From a virus: a stretch of 64,000 nt of DNA. Position numbers and translations under genes: made by a program. Under the pieces are notes generated by a model. The model saw nothing but the letters and a program-made list of their open reading frames with translations. It was not told the DNA's origin and did no database searches. Location: the IMG/VR virus record IMGVR_UViG_3300048672_000512, positions 64,001 through 128,000 of that record; one strand, given 5' to 3'. Shown here one piece after another: positions 27,633-36,840 of this stretch (positions are counted from its first letter, which is position 1; each line of letters starts with the position of its first letter).

Positions 27633-28205
27633 TCACTTAGGCCACACAAAGTAGTAAGGTGGTCCGTTTGGATCTTCGTCAAGTTCAAACGCGTTTCCGC
27701 TGTCTTCAATAACGGGCATGCTTCCAGAGAAGTCTGCGTCCACAGTTTCCTTGGAGTGACCCTGCACCATGTGTATGCTAGTGTGCTTTCGAGCTAGTGC
27801 ACACCAGTTGCGTACAGCCATTGTTCCTATCTCGCTACTGGAAGTAAGAAGCATATCATCTGGAAGCAGGCGCCTAGCCTCTTCGACAAGTTGCTTTCCT
27901 ATACCAGTGTTTCGGTACTTAGGGCTGACGTAAATTGCATCAGTACTGACGCAGCGCTTTGAACCAAGCTTTCCAAGATCACTCTTTCCAGTCTGCAGCA
28001 AGCCAACCAGTTCAGCCCCTTCCTTCAGTATAAGAAGCATCTTTTCGTTTCGAGTGTCGTACTCATGAAACCCAAAACGATACGTGAAGCTACCTTTGGT
28101 TTCGGTAGCTAGCTTGAATGCACTGCTGTTGTTAAGCAGATCCTTTACTTGAACAAGCGAGAGATTTTCACCTCTCGCTATTTCCATTGCTAACACTTTT
28201 CCCAT
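27633..28205 (-). CDS. GNAT-like acetyltransferase, copy B
   Basis: IYVSPKYRNTGIGKQLV motif A; shares MAVRNWC, DFSGSMP and YYFVWPK with copy A. Confidence 0.7.
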   Translation of the reverse strand: MGKVLAMEIARGENLSLVQVKDLLNNSSAFKLATETKGSFTYRFGFHEYDTRNEKMLLILKEGAELVGLLQTGKSDLGKLGSKRCVSTDAIYVSPKYRNTGIGKQLVEEARRLLPDDMLLTSSSEIGTMAVRNWCALARKHTSIHMVQGHSKETVDADFSGSMPVIEDSGNAFELDEDPNGPPYYFVWPK

Positions 28206-28220
28206 AGCGTGTGCCGGTTA

Positions 28221-30218
28221 TCAGAACCAGCCAAACCACTGCGGAGCTAGAATAGCAGGGGTTCGCGGCGGAACCGGGCGCGTTGCAGGCGTGATGCCGT
28301 TGGGAACAAGAACTTCTGGCTTGACAGGCAGATCAGGAACCAGATTCTCGCTAGCAGGCGTCATTGTTACTTCGGACTTCTTGGTAGGTATGACCTGTTT
28401 CCAGTAGTCAACTTTTGTTCCGGGAACTGCGTCTGGGCGCTTGTTTGTGTAGTAACCTTTCCACACTTCTGAACCGACTTCTGGCGAAGCAACATCAATA
28501 TCGAATCGACCTTGAAACGCTGCAATGAGTTCGTTAGGGTTCGGTGTCACTAGGCAAAGGCGATGCCCTGCAGGAACAAGTCCTAGAACGTTGATGATGT
28601 CTCGCATCAGTTCAGAAACAGTAGGGCTATCCATCTTTTCATAAATAACTCCGAACTTCCAAGTTGGCATGTTGTCTTTTACCAGCTTGGAAGTATCCTC
28701 CGTAGTTGTAAACCTCGGAACCGATGTTTCCGAAAGCTTCAGCTTAGGATTCACGTCAGGAGTAGGCGATGCGTTACGCCACCGTTCTGCTGGTGTGTCA
28801 ACATTCAGGTCAAATGCTAGACCTCTGTCTGTGCTGCGTTCTGTCCACTGGTCCTCATACGTTGTGTATGGATTTCCAATTTCCTCTGCATCCTGTTGAA
28901 GCTTCAACAGTTCCTTGCCAAGTTCGATATCAGGCTGCACACGCGGTTGACTCGGAAGAGGTTCGGTGTCACCAACACCAGAAGTTATATCAGCGTTGCT
29001 AGGGTCAAACGTACCTTTGTTGCCGGTAGCCGACTTGATCTGCTCAGGTTTCAATACTACAAAGTGATCTGCGTTTGCGTCACTCCGGAAAGGGTCGTCG
29101 TCCAGGTTACGTATAATGCACCCATCGTTACGGCTGCTCAGTTTTGTTTTGCGTAGGGTTTTGTTGATAGTGTCTTCTATATCAACAAACCTTTCGCCAG
29201 CTGCATCAAGCGTCACTGGACTCTGAATTCTTAGGTAGACTGGAATGACAGACTGTCCTGAACCTCTCTCGCTAGATAAGCGTGATTCTAGGTCTTCGGA
29301 CTGTTCTACATACTTATCATAAGCATCATAGTCGCCACGCTTTTCCGCTTGGTCTGCTAGCTGAAGTAGCCTCTCTACTGGAGCAGTTTCAGCTGCATAC
29401 TTTGCATAACTTGAGGCTACTTTTGGGTCTGACACAAAGAAAAACCCGTAAGCAGCAGATTTCACCCGAGTTGCTGTTCCTAGTTTGCTCAGCGTAAAAG
29501 CAGAAAAGTCTGACGCAGTACCGTGATAAAGAACAAGGGGTCGGCCCTTTGAGTCTACAGCTTTGCTATCGCCAAACCACTTTTTGAAGTTATTCAGATC
29601 GTTCTCTGTCTGAGCTATAGGCTGACCTAAGCTGTTCTGATTTCCAGGATAGCTTGACCCGATCTTTAGTTCAGCAACCTCTGTCTTGCCAATAACCGAG
29701 AACAGTAGCGTATGTCGAGTCACCTTGCCGTCTTTCGACTGACGAATCCAGCTAGGCTTATTTTCGCCTGCTTCGCTCATTCCAAGATAGGTCACAAAAC
29801 CATGACGCTTCAGAATGTTGATCAGAGCTTCGTTCAGAGTTCCAATGTCCAGCTTACGAATGATGCAGGCAAGTCCATACGTGTCTGCAATGCGTTTCAT
29901 TTCCTCAAGATAGTCATTTGTAAACCACAAAGGAATACGCTTGGACTTTCCTCCAACGTGAGGGCTTGCAATGCGATCTGGCGCAAGAGAAAGCAAACCT
30001 TCCTGCGTAAGAACAGCAGGGTAGTACATGCTGCTCTTTGTAGTAGGAGGGAATTCGTCAGATAGGCGATTGATAGCATCGCGCACTTGCCTTTGCAGCG
30101 CAGGCTTCTTAGCGACCTCATTAAGTGGGCGCCGTGAGTACCCAGGAGTTTGCAGCGTCTCCTTCAGTTCGTCACCCGAAGTTGGCGTTTGTAGTGGTGC
30201 GTATTTGTCCATATTCAA
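28221..30218 (-). CDS. Multidomain protein with central ADP-ribosyltransferase (ART-PolyVal-like) domain
   Basis: FKKWFGDSKAVD..GRPLVLYHGT, GFFFVSDPKVASSYA, VIPVYL, DGCII, FVVLKPEQIKSATGNKGTFDP; domain about 28990-29600; immediately downstream of the portal. Confidence 0.8.
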   Translation of the reverse strand: MNMDKYAPLQTPTSGDELKETLQTPGYSRRPLNEVAKKPALQRQVRDAINRLSDEFPPTTKSSMYYPAVLTQEGLLSLAPDRIASPHVGGKSKRIPLWFTNDYLEEMKRIADTYGLACIIRKLDIGTLNEALINILKRHGFVTYLGMSEAGENKPSWIRQSKDGKVTRHTLLFSVIGKTEVAELKIGSSYPGNQNSLGQPIAQTENDLNNFKKWFGDSKAVDSKGRPLVLYHGTASDFSAFTLSKLGTATRVKSAAYGFFFVSDPKVASSYAKYAAETAPVERLLQLADQAEKRGDYDAYDKYVEQSEDLESRLSSERGSGQSVIPVYLRIQSPVTLDAAGERFVDIEDTINKTLRKTKLSSRNDGCIIRNLDDDPFRSDANADHFVVLKPEQIKSATGNKGTFDPSNADITSGVGDTEPLPSQPRVQPDIELGKELLKLQQDAEEIGNPYTTYEDQWTERSTDRGLAFDLNVDTPAERWRNASPTPDVNPKLKLSETSVPRFTTTEDTSKLVKDNMPTWKFGVIYEKMDSPTVSELMRDIINVLGLVPAGHRLCLVTPNPNELIAAFQGRFDIDVASPEVGSEVWKGYYTNKRPDAVPGTKVDYWKQVIPTKKSEVTMTPASENLVPDLPVKPEVLVPNGITPATRPVPPRTPAILAPQWFGWF

Positions 30219-33200
30219 TCCATTGAAAAACGTCGAGTCTTGCGAGGGTCTTGAGGCTCAGTGGAGATTCCCATGTCGGCAGAAGCACCCATCTTCTCGC
30301 GCACTTCCTTGATTTTCTTAGCCTTGTACTCAGGATCAGCAAGTGCTCGCATAGCCTTGATGATGTGATCATTTGCTTTGCGAGAATCACGACCCGGGGT
30401 GAACGAGGCATGAACCTTGCCAGTCTTGCTCAGACGAGTATCGCTAGGAATGTTTCCAAAGTCTCGGTCTAGCAAGGGGACGCGCCGATGCATGCTGGTG
30501 GTACGTATCGGAAGATCTGCCATGTCGCGTCGAGCCTGCATGAACCTAGCTGTCTCTTGCGGGTTTGGTTCCTCTTGACCTTCTCCACCTTCGTTTTGAA
30601 TACCTTGCTGCAGAGCTGCTTCGTCAAAGCTGTTTTCGTCAAACTCGCCTTCACTGGAGTTGCCGATAGCTTCAGCCTTCTTGCCAGTGATGTCTTCGAT
30701 AGCTTCTCGAATCCGACGGTCTTCCTTCAGTTCCCGCAGAATGGTTGCAATGTCCTGACCTGCAGCACCCGCCCACATCTTCAGCGGAATGACAAAACCC
30801 TTTTCAGACATCTTTTCAAGCATGTCCCAGGTAGATTCTTCATCCTTGCCTGTAAGCGACTTGTGCCATTGAACCGACGGTATGCGCAGGTTTCGAGAGT
30901 TCTGCAGGTTGTGGAAGATGTCAGACGGAGAAGAAATCTTGCGCGCCTTCTTGACATCCTTGTACTGATTGTTAAGAACAGCAATCAGCGGAAAGAACTT
31001 TGAAGTGAACACCTTGTAGGTGATAAGCTGGCGATACGCCTCCATGTTCTCCATGAACACGGTAATGGCAGCCTCGGCAGTATTATGAACCACGAGTCCG
31101 TTTGCTACAAAAGCAGGTTCGGTTCCGGGCTTCATTGAAATATCGTACACGTGCTCCTTTCCGGCAGCGATAACGGAAACAACTTCCGAGTACCTATATT
31201 GATACTTCAACAGAGAAGTCAACTCTCGGTATTTTACCAAGCTCAATTTCTTCAGAAACTCAAGGAAGTTATCGTATTTGCCTTCAGCGTAGAACTTATA
31301 GTTAAACCTGCGCAGCTCCTTGGTATTAAATCCCCAGCTCTTATCATTGCAAGAATGACATACAACTTCGCCAGTGTCAGAAAGAAAGTAGGCACCGTGC
31401 CGGTCAAACTTCAGACGTCGCTCTTCTATAAATGAAGTCCAGTAGGTACAAGGAAGGCCGTCGTTCTTTGAATACTTACCACCAGCCGCATGACTGCTCT
31501 TTATAGACAAGTAGACATGCGCTGTTGACCAGAAGTCTTCTGAGTCTTCTCTGCTAAGGGACAGAACAGTGCCTGCATTCTGTGTTGTTGGCTGATAACC
31601 GTGAGAGTTCAACATAGCTTGAAGCTGTTGAATAAGAGTACAAGACACGCTTATCCAGCTAGTTCCCCTAGCTAAGGAACCGTCACACTCTGCGTACCCG
31701 GCTAGAAACGCTTTTTGACTCTCTTCGTCTGCTTGCAGAACAGACCACGGCACCTGCTTAAAGTAAGAAGGTGTTTTTCCGTTTACGCGCCCCGGCTTTA
31801 CGTACACACCAATGTCACGCAGCCAGTCAATAAGTGCCCTGTTTCGCACTCCAGTGCTAAGAATGCTACGATTTGTGCGAATACGCCTAGCAGGCTCTGC
31901 ATTTATTTGACTTGCCGACTTCTCAGTTATTTCTCGGAAGTCCACATCGAATATATCTTTTGCCAAGAAGACAAAACGATTTACTAGCTCCGGATCCGAG
32001 TTTGAAAAGAACAGTTGCTGTGCAAGACCTGGTTCATCAGAATACGAGTCTGTAAAAGCTACGTTACCTTCACTGATGAATAGGGCTAACCAGTAAGCAA
32101 GTTCTGGTGTCATATGTGTAGGAACTGTCATATGACCTGGCTTAAAGTCCACCCGTGACCCAGGAGACATACCTACTCGATTTCCTAGTTTATTAGTCTT
32201 TGTTGCGTCATAGGCGCGCGGCTTTCTAGGTACTGGCAGCGGAACATTAAGCTTAAGTGGAGTTTTGCGCGTTACCTTGTTTCGACTGATACACAACAAG
32301 TCTCCAACCTTTATTTCATCAGCGCGCTTCCATGTTGTTTTTCCACCGTCAAGAACTAACAGTGGGTGATTTCCAGTTGCCTGAACACAGTTTCCGGTAG
32401 CCGCAGTTACGCGAAGCGTTTCTTGATAGCCATTGTAAACCCAGGCTACAGCCTTAGCTTTGCCGAATCTAGAGTCCATGTCTGCGTTTATGCTAAACGC
32501 ACGCTTGAATTCCTTTCCACTACCTAGTGAGTCTATGCGCACTAGACCCTTTGTAGTAGGTATTAGCGTATTACCAGCAAGACAAGCATAGCTAGCGTCT
32601 CCGGATAAAAATGCTTCAGAGATACCTAGACCTCGAAGTTTCATCGGAACAAGTTGTTCAGCAACATCTGTCCATTTCCAGAAGTCACCTCCGGGCCTTA
32701 TCTCGTTGACCTGAACACCGTCACGAGTAATGATCCAGGCTCCAAGCGTATCCAGTTCCGTGCGCTGAAATTCAGCAAGCATTGTAGCAAGCTCACCGTC
32801 AGACGGAATCCAGTTTTCGTTACCCGCCATGATGTGCGAAGTGGATCGTTGACGCTTGTGAGCTTCAACAAGCGTGCCGCGAAACATCACTTTTTCAAAC
32901 AGATAGAACGGCAAGAGGCGCTTGAGATAAGAAACATGAGTCCTATCTCTAAGCGCCTTTCGTGGAATGTAGATTGTAGTAAGCGGATCCAGCACCGCAG
33001 TGCCAGCAGCGTACGTGTCTATCAGCGCCCGTGGATAGCTTTCCATCAGACGATCAAGATACGGACTTCCAGCGTTCATGAACTGCGACAGCTGCGAAGC
33101 CGAGTTCATCTTTACAACAGGGTCAAGAGAATGAAACGGTTGAGGTGAAATGCTTGCGTTTGCAACGTCATGCAGCATGACATCCTGAAATACCTTTGCT

Positions 33201-33652
33201 TCAGCATTGTAGATCATCGTGCCAATAAAGGCGCCGTCCACAAGGTAGGCATTTGATATTTCCTGCATCAAGGACCGAATGTTGATGCGTGAGAGGTTTT
33301 CACCGAACAGATCCAGTTCCTTGTTCTCAAGGCCGGCTAGCGTGAAGTCTGAAAAAGGAAAGCTGGAAGACATGTCAACAGCGGAACCAGCAATAGGATC
33401 CATGTAGTACATGTCACGGTAGTACTGAAGCAGAAACTGCTCGTTGTACTCCGGAATGATACCAGTGAGAAGCGTGTTGTATGATGGCGCACCAAACACT
33501 GCAGTGCTCATAGGAGTACCACCAGACGGGGTGATCCAGTTAGCAGTAACGTCCTTCTTTGATGCTGCTTTCACCTGAACACCTGAAGACTTTACAGCAG
33601 TGTTTCTGAACTGAGTCAGGTCTGCGGTGGAAGAGAGTCGCGTTTTCAACAT
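30215..33652 (-). CDS. Portal protein (about 644 aa after splicing) containing an intein
   Basis: YYRDMYYMDPIAGSAVD..., LGISEAFLSGDASYA|TAEAAITV portal-type pattern; position between terminase and protease. Confidence 0.75.
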   Translation of the reverse strand: MLKTRLSSTADLTQFRNTAVKSSGVQVKAASKKDVTANWITPSGGTPMSTAVFGAPSYNTLLTGIIPEYNEQFLLQYYRDMYYMDPIAGSAVDMSSSFPFSDFTLAGLENKELDLFGENLSRINIRSLMQEISNAYLVDGAFIGTMIYNAEAKVFQDVMLHDVANASISPQPFHSLDPVVKMNSASQLSQFMNAGSPYLDRLMESYPRALIDTYAAGTAVLDPLTTIYIPRKALRDRTHVSYLKRLLPFYLFEKVMFRGTLVEAHKRQRSTSHIMAGNENWIPSDGELATMLAEFQRTELDTLGAWIITRDGVQVNEIRPGGDFWKWTDVAEQLVPMKLRGLGISEAFLSGDASYACLAGNTLIPTTKGLVRIDSLGSGKEFKRAFSINADMDSRFGKAKAVAWVYNGYQETLRVTAATGNCVQATGNHPLLVLDGGKTTWKRADEIKVGDLLCISRNKVTRKTPLKLNVPLPVPRKPRAYDATKTNKLGNRVGMSPGSRVDFKPGHMTVPTHMTPELAYWLALFISEGNVAFTDSYSDEPGLAQQLFFSNSDPELVNRFVFLAKDIFDVDFREITEKSASQINAEPARRIRTNRSILSTGVRNRALIDWLRDIGVYVKPGRVNGKTPSYFKQVPWSVLQADEESQKAFLAGYAECDGSLARGTSWISVSCTLIQQLQAMLNSHGYQPTTQNAGTVLSLSREDSEDFWSTAHVYLSIKSSHAAGGKYSKNDGLPCTYWTSFIEERRLKFDRHGAYFLSDTGEVVCHSCNDKSWGFNTKELRRFNYKFYAEGKYDNFLEFLKKLSLVKYRELTSLLKYQYRYSEVVSVIAAGKEHVYDISMKPGTEPAFVANGLVVHNTAEAAITVFMENMEAYRQLITYKVFTSKFFPLIAVLNNQYKDVKKARKISSPSDIFHNLQNSRNLRIPSVQWHKSLTGKDEESTWDMLEKMSEKGFVIPLKMWAGAAGQDIATILRELKEDRRIREAIEDITGKKAEAIGNSSEGEFDENSFDEAALQQGIQNEGGEGQEEPNPQETARFMQARRDMADLPIRTTSMHRRVPLLDRDFGNIPSDTRLSKTGKVHASFTPGRDSRKANDHIIKAMRALADPEYKAKKIKEVREKMGASADMGISTEPQDPRKTRRFSMD
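31082..32584 (-). mobile_element. Intein (501 aa) with LAGLIDADG homing endonuclease in the portal gene
   Basis: Starts CLAGNTLI, block B ATGNHPL, ends FVANGLVVHN followed by Thr; LALFISEG and LAGYAECDG motifs. Confidence 0.92.
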
Positions 33653-34089
33653 TTTGTATTTTCTACTGGTTGGGAGGTGATTGCTACGCTATGAATGCTG
33701 CCTTGCATGAACCTGATCAGAACGTCAGTGCGTATCATTGATGCTGGCTGGTTCACATCTATGCGTACGTAGTGAAGAGCTTCAACTGTTGCTTTCTTCA
33801 AAAACAGACGCTGCTTGGTGCACTCCTCGTGTATGGCCTTCACAAGATTTTCCACGTCTACGCTATCACTATCTACCGCGTTCATAGTAGTAGTCGCCAT
33901 GCATGTGGTGTACGACTTTGGGTTGAAAGCGGCAAACCGATAGTGAACTCCGTTTGCATGTAGAACCCTGCGCAGAGGATACTGAACTGCGTCTCTGTAC
34001 CTTGCTGCACATGACAACAAAGCTGGTGTCTCGATTACCACTTTCAAGCCTTTCTTACTTTGAGTACTGCGGATACCACTTCTTAGCAA
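33646..34089 (-). CDS. Hypothetical protein (start possibly TTG 34047)
   Basis: Fills the gap upstream of the portal. Confidence 0.65.
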   Translation of the reverse strand: MLRSGIRSTQSKKGLKVVIETPALLSCAARYRDAVQYPLRRVLHANGVHYRFAAFNPKSYTTCMATTTMNAVDSDSVDVENLVKAIHEECTKQRLFLKKATVEALHYVRIDVNQPASMIRTDVLIRFMQGSIHSVAITSQPVENTKC

Positions 34090-35170
34090 GGTAATCCAAG
34101 AGCTGCTCTATAGTCCACTTGTGCTTGCGAAGAATAGTCATCAGGTTGTCTAGATTCTCGCGCTCTTTTGTTGGCATACCGTAAGGGTCGCTCTTTGCAT
34201 TATGCATGTCGTTCTTGACACCAGTCAGAACGTCTTTCCTGTAATAGTCGTTACGCGCCCAGTCGTACAACCTATCGTACAGGTATTCAATAGAGCGGAA
34301 GTTTCCAGAAGAAGAATGCTTCTTCACAATAGCGCTACGCAGGTTCCCGGCTTCTACAGAGTCTCCAGTAGCAGACTCAGGAAGGCGCATAGCATAAAGC
34401 GCTAGCAATCCGACAAGGCTTCCTGTCTTATGCGTTCGCATGAAGTCGTAGGCCCTTGGCGGAGTCTTTTCTTCTGGCACCTTGACTATAAGGTTCGTGT
34501 AGTAAGAGAGCGGGTAGTTTCTACCTTCTGACGCCTTTGAATTTCTCAGAGCAGCCGCGCTATCAAACACAAGAAACGGTATGCCTGCTTTGACGCACAG
34601 CTTCTTCATCTGAAGTTGCTGCTTCAGCGTTTTCAACGTTTCTCGGTAGATGTACTTAAGATGCGTAGGAATGTCATCTTCACTGCCATGAAACGCAGGA
34701 TTGTTAATGATCTTCTTGTACTTCTCAAGACCTTCGCTTGAAATACCCTGAGCATAAATTGCGGTTATGTAGCTGGAAGCCTTCTTGATCACCGGACTAT
34801 CAGAAAGAATGCGGTCTTCTGCTTCAAAGTTTTGAAACTCTTCACCTTTATTCTGCCAGTAATCAACAGGTTTTGCTGCGTAGCGCTCATTCAGTTTGCG
34901 ACCGTTGAGCTTCAATACTGCGTAGTAGCCGTAGTCTGTTTTGTAGACATACGAACTCGTCATCGTACGCGCTGTACTCAGATAGTATTTCCCTTTGGAA
35001 ATGGTTTCTTCGTACTCAGAGCCGTCAGCTGGCTTTAGATGAAACTGATCCGTTGCAAGGATCTGCGCTGCTGCTCGCAAGCTTGTTAGGTGAAACAGAA
35101 CGTCTGTAGCTGCCGCCTTCAGGTTGAGGCTACCAGTTGACGTCCTTGCTTCAAGTATCTGTATAGCCAT
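34055..35170 (-). CDS. Divergent ADP-ribosyltransferase-fold protein (H-S-E type)
   Basis: LFHLTS, YYLSTAR and FEAEDR fall in the order of the three ART catalytic strands. Confidence 0.5.
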   Translation of the reverse strand: MAIQILEARTSTGSLNLKAAATDVLFHLTSLRAAAQILATDQFHLKPADGSEYEETISKGKYYLSTARTMTSSYVYKTDYGYYAVLKLNGRKLNERYAAKPVDYWQNKGEEFQNFEAEDRILSDSPVIKKASSYITAIYAQGISSEGLEKYKKIINNPAFHGSEDDIPTHLKYIYRETLKTLKQQLQMKKLCVKAGIPFLVFDSAAALRNSKASEGRNYPLSYYTNLIVKVPEEKTPPRAYDFMRTHKTGSLVGLLALYAMRLPESATGDSVEAGNLRSAIVKKHSSSGNFRSIEYLYDRLYDWARNDYYRKDVLTGVKNDMHNAKSDPYGMPTKERENLDNLMTILRKHKWTIEQLLDYLAKKWYPQYSK

Positions 35171-35173
35171 CTA

Positions 35174-35848
35174 TTATCCTATGGAAGTAACAAAGTAAGG
35201 GTCTACAATGACTGGAGTCGAGCCGCGTTCTGCAACCGTAATATGGTTCAGAGAAAGAATAGTACGCTGAGGTGCTATGCGTACGATCTGGCAGACAGTT
35301 CGTATGAACGCACTGTACTTCATTGCGTCCTCATGCGAAACCTCTTCGCAGTTGGACAGACGAGCAAGCTCTTGCAGAAAGCGTTGCACATTAGTAGCTG
35401 CTTTCTTGAGTTCCTGCATTGCATGAAGTTGACCAACGCGGTCCCCAGGAAGTGCCGATGTCAGATCAAAGCCGTGAAGTTCCAGAAACTTAGCCAGTGG
35501 ATCCATAGCAGGAATCTTCTTCAGACGTTCAGCATAGACTTGCGTCATGTAAATCCCGTCTGTTGTGCCTGAAGTGACGTCCAGAATCTTCAGAACGTTC
35601 GGCCCCATGTGCTGTTGGCAGAACTTCATCCAGGCTAGATGCACCTTATGCGCAGGAGACATTTCGCTTCGCCCTTCAGCAAACAGCACATACGTGTATT
35701 TGTGGTCTGGCGAGATGAAAGTGGAAGTGTTGATGCCGTGATACAGAAGAAGGAAACCCTTCTGTTTCAGACGCATTAGAATACGCTTCTGTGTAGCCTC
35801 AGGCACCAGAGGGTGCTGAACTGGAAGTGCTGTTACTGATTGAGTCAT
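35174..35848 (-). CDS. Protein kinase-fold protein, probable pseudokinase
   Basis: Paralogue of 35853-36536 (shared RGSTPVIVDP) but catalytic loop reads SLNHITV. Confidence 0.6.
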   Translation of the reverse strand: MTQSVTALPVQHPLVPEATQKRILMRLKQKGFLLLYHGINTSTFISPDHKYTYVLFAEGRSEMSPAHKVHLAWMKFCQQHMGPNVLKILDVTSGTTDGIYMTQVYAERLKKIPAMDPLAKFLELHGFDLTSALPGDRVGQLHAMQELKKAATNVQRFLQELARLSNCEEVSHEDAMKYSAFIRTVCQIVRIAPQRTILSLNHITVAERGSTPVIVDPYFVTSIG

Positions 35849-35852
35849 ATTA

Positions 35853-36536
35853 TCACCGATGTTTTACAGCCGTGTACCACGGATCAACGATAACTGGAGT
35901 TGATCCACGCAGCATCACGTTCAGGGAATGAAGATCTATAACACTGGAATGCGGGCACTTTTTGATAACTTCAAGTACCACTTCAAAGAATGGCAGAAGA
36001 GACTGCGGTATCTCGTAGTCAGCGTCTACTTCACCGTCAGTAGCTTCGTTCATAGCAGAAGCAATACCTTCAGCAGTCTTGACATTACGCAGCTTGTCCA
36101 TCGCAGCATACTGCCATTCACGATCACCGTAGCGAACCTCGGGTAGATTCAGAGCTAGTTCACTAAGTGCTTTTGATACAGGATGCATTCTACCTAGAGG
36201 TTGCAGAAGTTCTGCATGCACTTGAATCATGGAAGCATCTTGAAAGCTTCCGTCCTGCATGTCATAAGCGTACATGACGTAGTCGCTACGGCTACGAGAC
36301 ATGCACTCATGAAGCCACTGCAAATGAACCTTGCGCTTCTCAGCATGCGCTGGAACACTATCAAGAAAGAGAATAAGTGCGCTGCTACCGTCAGGTGTCT
36401 TGTAGACAGACTTGTCGTTGCCATCACCTAGCAACGAGTAGCCTTGCTCTTGAAGATACTTGCGAATAGCAGACGTTACACTCTTTGGAAGAAGCGGCGT
36501 GTTGATCGGAAGAGCGGTAACTTGTGTTTGTTTCAT
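35853..36536 (-). CDS. T7 gp0.7-like Ser/Thr protein kinase-fold protein
   Basis: LLGDGNDKSVY Gly loop; IDLHSLNVMLRGSTPVIVDP catalytic and Mg-binding segment. Confidence 0.7.
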   Translation of the reverse strand: MKQTQVTALPINTPLLPKSVTSAIRKYLQEQGYSLLGDGNDKSVYKTPDGSSALILFLDSVPAHAEKRKVHLQWLHECMSRSRSDYVMYAYDMQDGSFQDASMIQVHAELLQPLGRMHPVSKALSELALNLPEVRYGDREWQYAAMDKLRNVKTAEGIASAMNEATDGEVDADYEIPQSLLPFFEVVLEVIKKCPHSSVIDLHSLNVMLRGSTPVIVDPWYTAVKHR

Positions 36537-36757
36537 GCTTCGTCCTCAGGTTTAGGTAGAACCGTGCGGTCATCCCAACACACAAAGACGTTCTGATTGG
36601 CGCAGATCGTTGTCTGCATAGGCTTCTTGCAATATGGGCAAACGCCAGGCGTGTCGTTAGTCATGCCTGCAGTTACCTTCTTTTCGCTTGCAGACGCCGT
36701 AAGCTTTGCGCCCAGATAGGCACCAAAAGCCTTGTCAATATAGGTTTTTTCTAGCAT
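36533..36757 (-). CDS. Small Zn-ribbon protein
   Basis: CPYC...C...CWDD; start ATG 36757. Confidence 0.65.
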   Translation of the reverse strand: MLEKTYIDKAFGAYLGAKLTASASEKKVTAGMTNDTPGVCPYCKKPMQTTICANQNVFVCWDDRTVLPKPEDEA

Positions 36758-36787
36758 GTTTCTTCTCTGTGAGAGTTTCCGTTTACG

Positions 36788-36828
36788 AAACAAAAATGGG
36801 CGGCCGCACAATTAAGTACGCCGCCCAT
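36788..36828 (-). terminator. Intrinsic terminator after the terminase/MazG-like unit
   Basis: On the - strand: atgggcgg...ccgcccat followed by ttttgttt. Confidence 0.7.
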
Positions 36829-36840
36829 TCATGGAAGTTG

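Noticed and set aside
27611-27709. N-terminal extension of the protease ORF in the track (26804-27709)
   Set aside because: It overlaps the 3' end of the upstream GNAT gene in another frame; ATG 27610 fits the gene packing.
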